From assembly GCA_965197645.1 (NCBI GenBank), contig OZ240219.1:416001-480000 (forward strand): a stretch of 64,000 nucleotides of DNA, in the 5' to 3' direction. The translations under genes were made by a program, and so were the position numbers. Shown in pieces: positions 18,523 through 26,719 of the stretch (within the stretch, counting starts at the first letter, position 1; each line of letters starts with the position of its first letter). The notes under the pieces are model-generated. The model saw only the letters and a list, made by a program, of their open reading frames with translations. It did no database searches and was not told the origin of the DNA. This DNA comes from Dehalococcoidia bacterium. Its GTDB lineage: Bacteria > Chloroflexota > Dehalococcoidia > Plut-88900.

Positions 18523-19728
18523 CTATATCACTCCCATGGCCCCCAGCCGGGCTACCTCGTGGCTCGAATACCCCAGCACGCCGTAGTACAGCCCGTGGTT
18601 GTCCTGGCCCAGCATGGGCGCCGCCGTTGGTCCATCCGGGCGTGCGCCCACACTGAAAGCCGGCCCGGGATAGCTCAGAGGGCCCGTTAGAGGGTGGTCC
18701 AGGCTGGTAAAGAACTCCCGCTCCGCCAGGTGCGGGTCTTCCAGCAGGCGCTTGGAGGTCATCACCTTGGCCGACGGTATCCTCAACAGCTGGCACAGAT
18801 CGAACGCCTCGTCCGAGGTATTCTCTGCGAAAAAGGCACCGATGGCGTTCCACAGGAACTCCTTGGCATCTTCGTCCGTCTCTCTTGGATTGTTGAACCT
18901 CGGGTCCTCGATGATCTCTGGATGGCCGATCATCTCACATAGCGAAGTCCACTGCTGCTGGGTGAGGACGGCAATGATCATGTGGCCTTCTTTGCAATCG
19001 TACAGGTCGCAAAGGGGCGTGGGAGGACTGAGTGTGGAGCCGGTTCGCCCTCGTACCACCCCTTGATAGGTGTACAGGATGGCCGTGGTCTCCAGGAAGG
19101 TGGCCACCACCTCCATTATCGAGATGTCCAGATGTTGTCCCAGGCCGTTCATATCCCGCCACTGCAGGGCCGCCAGTATGCCTATAGCTCCCACCAACCC
19201 CGACTTGTATTGAGGCAGGAAACCGCCCGACTGTATCGGCTCCCGCTCAGGAAAACCGGTGGGGAACATGAGGCCGCTGATGGCGTTCTGGATTAGCTCG
19301 TTGGCCCGGTGCTTTCTGTAGGGTCCCGTCTGCCCGAACTGGGTTATCGAGGCCATCACCAACTTGGGGTTTATCCCCGAGAGCTCTTCGTAGGACAACC
19401 CCAGCTCACCCAGCTGCCCAGGATCGTAGCCCTCCACCACCACATCTACGTCCCTGACCAGCTCCTTCAAGATTCCGGCCCCGGCGGGCGTGTTGATGTT
19501 GAGCGTAACGCTCTTCTTGCTGGAGTTGAGGTACAGGAAGAGGCCGCTGCCCTCCCGGTGAGGCATGTCCTTGTAGAAAGGGGCCTGGGCCCTGGCCGAG
19601 TCTCCGCTTCCGGGAGGCTCTATCTTGTAGACCTCCGCTCCAAGCTGGGCGAGAAGCTTGCCACAGAAGGGCCCTGCGATGGCATCGCTCAGGTCCAGCA
19701 CCTTCAGGTGGCTCAACCAACCGGCCAT
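18523..19728 (-). CDS. Family III (CaiB/BaiF) CoA-transferase subunit, catalytic Asp apparently absent
   Basis: VLDLS..AGPFCGKLLAQLGAEVYKIEPPGSGD, NSSKKS, FGQTGPY, APMLGQDN; LPQY where the partner has FTDP. Confidence 0.9.
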   Translation of the reverse strand: MAGWLSHLKVLDLSDAIAGPFCGKLLAQLGAEVYKIEPPGSGDSARAQAPFYKDMPHREGSGLFLYLNSSKKSVTLNINTPAGAGILKELVRDVDVVVEGYDPGQLGELGLSYEELSGINPKLVMASITQFGQTGPYRKHRANELIQNAISGLMFPTGFPEREPIQSGGFLPQYKSGLVGAIGILAALQWRDMNGLGQHLDISIMEVVATFLETTAILYTYQGVVRGRTGSTLSPPTPLCDLYDCKEGHMIIAVLTQQQWTSLCEMIGHPEIIEDPRFNNPRETDEDAKEFLWNAIGAFFAENTSDEAFDLCQLLRIPSAKVMTSKRLLEDPHLAEREFFTSLDHPLTGPLSYPGPAFSVGARPDGPTAAPMLGQDNHGLYYGVLGYSSHEVARLGAMGVI

Positions 19729-19753
19729 CTAGGCCCCCCGCAGGTGAAAGAAA

Positions 19754-20758
19754 TTAGTCTTCCAGCTCAACTTCGTCGAACAGGTAGGGGCCCAGGAAGC
19801 TCATCAGGCCACTGGCGGCCAGCATGACCGTGAGCATGCCGGGGTCCCACTGAGGGGCCACCTCGCACAGGTCCAGGGCCTTGAGCTCTTTGTAGCCCTT
19901 CAGGGTGCGCATCAGCTGAAGGAACTCCGCGTTGGTTATGCCCGTCGGCTCGGGGATTCCCGTGCCCGGCGAGTAGGACACCCCGACCACGTCGATATCC
20001 ACGCTCACGTAGACGGCGTCCACGCTGTCCGCGGCAACCTCCATCGCCTTCTTGAGCACCGTTTCGATTCCGTCGGACCGGATGTCGGCCGCGGTGTGCA
20101 TCTTCAAGCCGTGCTTCCTGCGCAACCGTACCTGGTCCGCTTGCAGCCATTTGTTCAGCCCGACCCAAGCCATGTTGTTGTAGGAGATGTGGGGGTTCTC
20201 GCTGATGCGGCGCACACAGGTGCCGTGGTTGAACTTGCCGCCGAAGTCATCATAGAAGTCGGAGTGGCTATCGATGTGGATGTAGCCTATCCTGGCCCCT
20301 TCCTTCCGCTCCATGAACCCCTTGACGAACCCTTCGAATGAGGGATAGGCCACGTAGTGGTCGCCACCCAGGACCACGGGAAATCCACCCCGCTTCACTA
20401 TCTCGACCATCCCGTCCACTACGCCGGCGGTGGTCCGCTCCAGGTTGATGGGATCGATGTTGAAGTCTCCGAAATCGCCCAGCAGAGGCTTATCCTTGAG
20501 CCGCAACCCCTTCTCCGTATCGACGTCGTAGGCCGCTTTGTCCGGCGATAAGTCGTACCAGTGCCGCATGGACATGGACCACTCTCGGATCGCCCGAGGC
20601 CCGAACCTCGCCCCCTGCCGAGCGGTAACGATGGCGTTATCTATGGGCACGCCGGCCAGCACCGCCATCCCCTCTTCGACATCCTCCACCTCCACAGCGG
20701 GTGACCTGAAGAAAGAGACCAACCCTCCGTAATAGGGCATCGGTCCTCGCTGGTACAT
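19754..20758 (-). CDS. Ureohydrolase (agmatinase/arginase family)
   Basis: GARFGPRAIR, GGDH, IDSHSD, NHGT, SVDIDV, PGTG.PEPTG, EVAP. Confidence 0.9.
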   Translation of the reverse strand: MYQRGPMPYYGGLVSFFRSPAVEVEDVEEGMAVLAGVPIDNAIVTARQGARFGPRAIREWSMSMRHWYDLSPDKAAYDVDTEKGLRLKDKPLLGDFGDFNIDPINLERTTAGVVDGMVEIVKRGGFPVVLGGDHYVAYPSFEGFVKGFMERKEGARIGYIHIDSHSDFYDDFGGKFNHGTCVRRISENPHISYNNMAWVGLNKWLQADQVRLRRKHGLKMHTAADIRSDGIETVLKKAMEVAADSVDAVYVSVDIDVVGVSYSPGTGIPEPTGITNAEFLQLMRTLKGYKELKALDLCEVAPQWDPGMLTVMLAASGLMSFLGPYLFDEVELED

Positions 20759-20819
20759 GATTGTCCTCCGTCCGGTGTCAGTGGGCCGCCCGGCCTTACC
20801 GTGAATGGGCTGCAGGGTC

Positions 20820-22154
20820 TTACAGGGGCATGTTGTCTAGCGATGTCTCAACGGCGTCTATATAGGCGTCGAGATCCTCCTGGGTCATCACCGTCGAGAG
20901 GCAGCTCAAACCCCTGCCAGCGTAGACGATGCCGTGGCCAAGCATCTCGTGGGTGAACTTGTTGAACACCGACTGGTCTGGCCCGGCATTGACGAAGGAC
21001 CGGAAGTCGGCAAACTCCTTGTCGGTGAGGTGCAACCAGAACATGGAGCCTTTGCCCGTAACCTGGGCCGGAATCTCCCTCTTGGTGATGATCTCGTTCA
21101 GCCGTCCCCTCATCTGGTCGCCCATCTCTCCCAGCCTGTCGAAGGCCTGGGGTGTCATCATCTTCATCGTCTCCAGCCCGGCCACCATAGTGATCGGATT
21201 GGCGTTGAAGGTGCCACCGTGGTGCACCTGGTGTCCGCGCCGGTGATCGAAGACCTCCATGACCTCGTCGCTGCCGCCGATGGCGCCGACGGGGAACCCT
21301 CCGCCGATGATTTTGGCCAGCGCGGTAATGTCCGGCTTGATGCCGTACTCGGCGCAGGCGCCATTATAGGATGCTCGGAAGCTGATCACCTCGTCGGCGA
21401 CCAGCAATATGCCGAGGTTGCTGGTGATCTCTCTGAGTCCTTCCAGGAAGCCGGGCGCCGGTTCGGTCCAGCCCAGGGCCGCTGGGAAGGGGTCTATAAC
21501 CACTGCTGCCAGCTCGTCCTTGTGCCTATCGATGATCTCGGTGCAGACCTTGAGATTGTTCCACGGCATCACGATAACGTCCGATGCCACGTTGGGGGAT
21601 ACGCTGGGTTCGATAACGCTGGCGGGCAGGTCCGGGTCACCCCAGTTGTCCGGCGCTGGGCCTTCCGATACCTGCGCGTAGTCGTAGGTGCCGTGGTAGG
21701 CCCCCTCTATCTTGGCGATCTTGGAGCGGCCGGTGAAGGCCCTGGCCGCCTTGATGGACATCATCACCGCTTCGCTGCCCGAGTTGCAGAACCGCAGCTT
21801 GTCGATATAGTCCACTCGGTCGGTGAGAAGCTGGGCCAGTTCCAGCTCCGGCTCAGTGGGCATGGCGAAGGCGGTGCCCTTCTCCAGCTGCTTGGTCACT
21901 GCCTCGACAACCGCCGGGTGAGAGTGGCCGTGTATGAGGGAGGTCATGTTGTTGATGTAGTCGACCCGCTCCTCACCCTCTACGTCGATGATACGGGACC
22001 CTTTGCCGCTGCTGACGTAGATCGGGTACGGCTCCATAGCTATCGAGTGCCTGCTATTGCCACCGGGCAGGACGCTCAACCCCTGTTCGTACAGCTGTTT
22101 GGAACGGGAGGTTTCCGACCTATAGGCGATGGTCTCCTTGGAAGAACCGGACAT
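20820..22154 (-). CDS. Class III PLP aminotransferase (glutamate-1-semialdehyde aminomutase-like)
   Basis: LPGGNSR, GHSHP, NSGSEA, GAYHG, DEVISFR, AKIIGGGFPVGA, GTFNANP; AGGAGG SD before ATG 22154. Confidence 0.88.
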   Translation of the reverse strand: MSGSSKETIAYRSETSRSKQLYEQGLSVLPGGNSRHSIAMEPYPIYVSSGKGSRIIDVEGEERVDYINNMTSLIHGHSHPAVVEAVTKQLEKGTAFAMPTEPELELAQLLTDRVDYIDKLRFCNSGSEAVMMSIKAARAFTGRSKIAKIEGAYHGTYDYAQVSEGPAPDNWGDPDLPASVIEPSVSPNVASDVIVMPWNNLKVCTEIIDRHKDELAAVVIDPFPAALGWTEPAPGFLEGLREITSNLGILLVADEVISFRASYNGACAEYGIKPDITALAKIIGGGFPVGAIGGSDEVMEVFDHRRGHQVHHGGTFNANPITMVAGLETMKMMTPQAFDRLGEMGDQMRGRLNEIITKREIPAQVTGKGSMFWLHLTDKEFADFRSFVNAGPDQSVFNKFTHEMLGHGIVYAGRGLSCLSTVMTQEDLDAYIDAVETSLDNMPL

Positions 22155-22488
22155 GGGACTTACCTCCTGCGGCGTGCGCCTAAAATAGAGGAGCCTGGAA
22201 GCGGGTGAAGAATAGCAACTCCCCGGCGGCAACGTCAAGCACAGCAGAGCTGGGGTAGTACATGTTTTGCAATTGTGGATTTTCGCCAACGCGAACGTGG
22301 ATGTTGGTTTCACCAACGCTTTACAGCCTGATGTAATCGTATCGTTACGATGGGATGCGCGATGGCCTTCCGAGCCTCGCCAAGTCCCATTGCTTACGTT
22401 TGCTTTTTCCTCATACAATCAACTAGCATAAGGAAGGCGTCCCCGAACTGATAATGTGGGGCTCTGCTTTCATCAAGGGAAAAGGCTG

Positions 22489-22782
22489 ATGGTATCAAAG
22501 TTTACAAAGGCGGAACGACAAGCGCTAAAAGAAGTGGGTACCGCCGCCGATGTAAGTCAACGCATCCATGCGTACACGGAGGCTGTCAACCGGCTATCAT
22601 CGAGGCATGAAGAACTGGTTGCACAGTATCCTGGGCATTGGGTGGCGTTATATAACGGTAACGAGATTTGCACTGGAGAATCCCTGGCCGAACTCCTCCG
22701 GCAATGTGACGAACAAGAGGTCGACAGAGACGCAATCGTGATACGATTTCTCGACACTGACAACCAAGTACTCATCCTGTAG
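22489..22782 (+). CDS. Small DUF5678-like protein
   Basis: EELVAQYPGHWVALYNG..GESLAELL..VIRFL..VLIL C-terminus resembles the DUF5678 pattern (recognised from memory, not searched). Confidence 0.7.
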   Translation: MVSKFTKAERQALKEVGTAADVSQRIHAYTEAVNRLSSRHEELVAQYPGHWVALYNGNEICTGESLAELLRQCDEQEVDRDAIVIRFLDTDNQVLIL

Positions 22783-22787
22783 TTGTC

Positions 22788-23215
22788 GTGATAATTGGGA
22801 GTTTCGACAAAGGAAGCCCTTTAATCGAAGGGCTTCTTGTATTTCCGGAACTTGCTGTCGAAGGTTCCCTATCGTTCCTCTTCGACACCGGCGCCGATGA
22901 GACGTGCATTATGCCGGCGGATGGACATCGGCTCGGTATTGATTACAACCAGCTTACCGGGAAGCCAGTTAGCATTCGAGGAGTGAGTGGCCGTATCACT
23001 TCAGTAATGCAACGAGCACTTCTCTTCTTCACTGAGGATACTGGGAAGGTGGAGTGTATCGACTCGACATCAATGTTATGCCTGATCTAGCTGAGTTGCA
23101 CGGATTACATTCTTTGTTGGGACAGGATGTTCTTTCCCATTGGCGCACTGTTCATGACCCGACGAGAAAACGGTTGCAAGCCACAGTATTGTCAGCTGAC
23201 CTAACTCTTCCGTAG
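22788..23215 (+). pseudogene. Retropepsin-like (clan AA) aspartic protease, frameshifted (-1) near 23035-23060
   Basis: FLFDTGAD catalytic motif and flap GVSG in frame 0; SLLGQDVL motif and stop at 23215 only in the -1 frame. Confidence 0.75.
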
Positions 23216-23319
23216 CGGTAACCGTTCAACAGAATCCTCGACCAGCCTACACTTCTGCACCGGGTACCGCTGACAGGCATCGGAACCGGTAATGTCGGAG
23301 AGGAAGTTAGAGGCTGGCC

Positions 23320-24237
23320 CTACCTGAAGAAGGGCAGCACCTCTTGGGCAAACCGCTCCAGCTGGGGCATCGTTTCCTCCCGTGTGGCCGCCGGGCTTAT
23401 CACAAAATGCTCCACCCCTATCGAGACGAACCTGTTCAGCGTATCGATACAGTCCTGCACGGCGCCTAGCGCACAGCTGAAATCGGGCTCCAGGATTGGT
23501 GACCCGAGCCGTCGTACCAGGGCATCGTTGCCCTTATCGAGAGCGGTTTCGGAGCTGGAGTCGAACCGAAAGTAGACGTGTATTCCCATCTTGATATCCG
23601 AGGCGCTCCTTCCATACTCCTCGGCGTAATGGCGTATTTTGGCCGCGGCCGCTTCGTAACGGGTCGGGGTGATGCCGGCCGGCAGAAAGCCGTTGCCCCA
23701 GCGCGCCGTCCGGCGCAGGGCGGCATCCACGTCTCCGCCGACCCAGATGGGAGGATGAGGCCGCTGGACAGGCTGCGGGTCTATCACGATATCCTCGAAG
23801 CTATAAAAATGTCCCCGATGACTGGCGGGTCGATCCGTCCACAGCTTGATGAGTACCTCCAGCATCTCTTCAGTCCGGGCGCCCCGCTCTCTCGGGTCCA
23901 CCCCCGATGCCTCAAACATCTTGCTCGGGCCCCCGGTGGCTATCCCTAGCACGATGCGGCCGTTAGACAGGAAGTCCAGCGTGGCCACGTGTTTTGCCAG
24001 CATAGCCGGACTGTAGAGCGGTGCCAGGAGCGCACACGTGCCCAGGGTTACCCGTTCCGTCGCTTGGGCGAAGGCCCCCAGGGTCGTGAGGCAGTCTAGG
24101 GCCGGTTCCGGCGTCACCGGCGTTTCAGGGACCCAGATGGAGTCGAAGTCCAGTCCCTCCACCATCTCGGCGAACCCTCTCACGCCGACGAGATTGTGCA
24201 TGCGGGTGTAGTTGGGTCCGAACTTGACTCGGGGCAC
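23320..24237 (-). CDS. LLM-class flavin/F420-dependent oxidoreductase
   Basis: FDSIWVPE, TERVTLGT, AKHVATLDFLSNGR, PQPVQRPHPPIWVGG. Confidence 0.9.
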   Translation of the reverse strand: MPRVKFGPNYTRMHNLVGVRGFAEMVEGLDFDSIWVPETPVTPEPALDCLTTLGAFAQATERVTLGTCALLAPLYSPAMLAKHVATLDFLSNGRIVLGIATGGPSKMFEASGVDPRERGARTEEMLEVLIKLWTDRPASHRGHFYSFEDIVIDPQPVQRPHPPIWVGGDVDAALRRTARWGNGFLPAGITPTRYEAAAAKIRHYAEEYGRSASDIKMGIHVYFRFDSSSETALDKGNDALVRRLGSPILEPDFSCALGAVQDCIDTLNRFVSIGVEHFVISPAATREETMPQLERFAQEVLPFFR

Positions 24238-24240
24238 GGA

Positions 24241-25362
24241 TTACATCCCATGCACAGGGAAAACGGTGCTTTTCAGCTCTTCGACGCTGTTTCGAGCGAA
24301 CTCCCAGACCGTTTCCTTGACCTTCTCCTCGAGGGCTCGGCCCTGGGCATCCCGAAGAGCATCCAGCCTGTAGCTCTCCCGGTAGGCGGCCGGAATCTCG
24401 TCGGGCAACTCTTGCTCCGTCATTACCCCGTAGGCCAGCGTCCAGCAACGAGCGACGGCCCCCTCGTCGTATCCCCCACCGCCCAACGCCAGCCACCTGG
24501 GGCAGAGCTCACCCAGTTTCGATATGGCCTCTGTGTAGGCCGCGCTGGTTAGATTGAGATGGGCCAGCGGGTCCGAGTAATGGGTATCGATTCCCAGCTG
24601 GGTAACCAGCACGTCGGGACCAAAACTTTCGATGAGGGGTGGGACTATCTCGCCGAAGGCCCACAGGTAGACCTCGTCGTCGGAGTAGGGGGCCAGCGGC
24701 AGGTTGACCGAGTATCCTTTCCCATCTCCCGTCCCGGTCTCGTCCACGCCGCCGGTCCCCGGGAACAGGAATCTGCCCGATTCGTGCACCGAGACGGTGA
24801 GAACGGCATCTGTGTCGTAGAAGCCGTTCTGCACGCCGTCGCCGTGATGGGTGTCTATGTCCACGTAAGCTACCTTCAGCCCCTCCTCGACCATCCGCTT
24901 GATGGCGATAGCTGCGTCGTTGAACACGCAGAACCCCGAGGCGTAGCCAGGCGCGGCATGATGCAACCCTCCCGTCGAGTTGAAGGCCACGTCCACTTCA
25001 CCTCCGAGCAACATCTCCGTCGCCAGCAACGAGCCTCCGGCCACGAGAGCCGCCGCCTCGAACATCCCCTGATAGGTGGGATTGTCGCCATGGTCGTTGA
25101 AGTTACAAGTGACCGGATCAACCAGAGCGTCGCCCCGGCTGAACGCCTTGACCGCGGACACGTAGTCCGGGGTGTGGAAGGTCAGAAGTTCGTTGTCGGT
25201 GGCCGGTCTAGGTTTGACAAGTCGAGAGTTCTCCGGCTCGAAGGCGCCGTAGGAGTCCAGCAGCTCGTAGGTGTACCTCAACCTGCTAGGAACGAAGGGG
25301 TGTCCCTCTCGGAGCACGTGACGGGACATCACGTCTTCGTAGATATAGGCCCCGCGCCTCAT
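24241..25362 (-). CDS. acuC: AcuC-like / histone deacetylase family Zn-dependent deacylase
   Basis: HPFVPSR, GGLHHA, SGFCVFND, DIDTHHGDG, SVHE..FPGTG, GIDTH..DPL, GGGGY. Confidence 0.9.
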   Translation of the reverse strand: MRRGAYIYEDVMSRHVLREGHPFVPSRLRYTYELLDSYGAFEPENSRLVKPRPATDNELLTFHTPDYVSAVKAFSRGDALVDPVTCNFNDHGDNPTYQGMFEAAALVAGGSLLATEMLLGGEVDVAFNSTGGLHHAAPGYASGFCVFNDAAIAIKRMVEEGLKVAYVDIDTHHGDGVQNGFYDTDAVLTVSVHESGRFLFPGTGGVDETGTGDGKGYSVNLPLAPYSDDEVYLWAFGEIVPPLIESFGPDVLVTQLGIDTHYSDPLAHLNLTSAAYTEAISKLGELCPRWLALGGGGYDEGAVARCWTLAYGVMTEQELPDEIPAAYRESYRLDALRDAQGRALEEKVKETVWEFARNSVEELKSTVFPVHGM

Positions 25363-25865
25363 GTCAGGCCGACTCTTTCCCGGCCCACCAGATCCATCTT
25401 CTCCTTCATTTGTTGCCAGTGGGTGCCTTTCCAGTAGACCTTTCGACAGGAGGGACACCGAGAAAAGGCCGGCTGTGTGTTATACACGTGATGCGGGACC
25501 ACGCCGTACACCTCTTCCTTCTTCACCGGTTCCAGCGCTTCGTTACATTCGATACAGCGGGAGAACGGTCGAGCCTGGGAGTCCAGGTCCAACGCGTCCA
25601 CCACCTGGCCAAGCTGATCCAGAACGTTGCCCTCCTCGATCAGTACCGTCTTCAGCTATCCCGTGACGACCGCTCGGCGTTCCAGGATCCCTGCATCCCT
25701 GGTGAGCAGTACCCTTCGGTCCCGAAGGCCGATCCTGACCAGCTCGTCGTCATCGGCGGAGTTATCGTACAGGGCATCGTAGCCCAAAGCCCGGAGCCAT
25801 TTCGCCAGCGCCCCCACGTTAACGTCCACCACGAACCTGGGCTCGACGGGACACTCTCGGGTCAA
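25359..25865 (-). pseudogene. Mut7-C (PIN + Zn ribbon) RNase-domain protein interrupted by one in-frame TAG (25656-25658)
   Basis: RFVVDVNVGALAKWLRALGYD..LLTRD..VVTG*LKTVLI..PFSRCIECN..CPSCRKVYWKGTH, all in one frame. Confidence 0.8.
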
Positions 25866-26626
25866 AGCTCTATTTCCAGTCCTTCGTGGGCCACCGATAC
25901 ATCAGCCTCCAGCCGCTGGGCCACCTCGCTTACCTGCGTTCGGACTTCATCTTCGTGGCGGGGGTTTACGTGCACGGCCAGCACCTTGGGCAGATACCCG
26001 TTGACTTCCCGGAACCGGGTGAGCACCGACTCAAGCGCTCTGGGCGTCATATGACCGTGTTCCTCCGCCATCGATGACTCCCGGTTGGCGTAGCTCACTT
26101 CTATTAGCAGCAGCGCCGGCTGTATATGGGGCCAGGCCGATGAGCATCCGGGGCCCGTGTCACCGGTGTAGAAGACCGCTTTGCCCTCGCCGTTCTTCAC
26201 CTGGTAGCCCACCGTGGGCGGGCCGTGGGGGACCGGAAGGGCCAGCACCTGGTATCCCTGAATCTCGGTGGTCTGCCCGGCCTCCACGGGCTTGAACCTC
26301 AGCGACGGCGTATCCGATGGGTCGTCGATGAACCGGGGGTACAGCGTTCCCGTCAACAGGTTGTCCGAGAGGCTGTCCAGGACCTCGCTGGTGGAGTAGA
26401 CGTCCGTCGTTTTAGCGTCGGTGTTCATCCCCAGGGTAAGCAGGTCCCGCACGTGATCGAAGTGGTGGTGGGTGATCAGAACGGCTTCCACCGCCTCCTG
26501 TTCGGCAATGGTGAGGGTCGAACTGATGCTCCCTGCATCGATGGCAATGGCCCCGTCCACCAAGAACGAGGTCAGCCGGGCATCTCTACTCTCCAGCTGG
26601 TGTGCCCCGAGGACTCTTACTCTCAT
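25862..26626 (-). CDS. MBL-fold hydrolase, class II cyclic-nucleotide phosphodiesterase-like
   Basis: AIDAGS, THHHFDH, VPH, YTGDTGP, IEVS, GHMTP, VH. Confidence 0.82.
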   Translation of the reverse strand: MRVRVLGAHQLESRDARLTSFLVDGAIAIDAGSISSTLTIAEQEAVEAVLITHHHFDHVRDLLTLGMNTDAKTTDVYSTSEVLDSLSDNLLTGTLYPRFIDDPSDTPSLRFKPVEAGQTTEIQGYQVLALPVPHGPPTVGYQVKNGEGKAVFYTGDTGPGCSSAWPHIQPALLLIEVSYANRESSMAEEHGHMTPRALESVLTRFREVNGYLPKVLAVHVNPRHEDEVRTQVSEVAQRLEADVSVAHEGLEIEL

Positions 26627-26719
26627 CGGCTGGCCTCCGGATACGGATTCAGCAATTCGTGGAAGTACGCACTATAGATACCGGGAAGGAGTCCAATTCT
26701 AGCACACTGCGTTTGGGCC

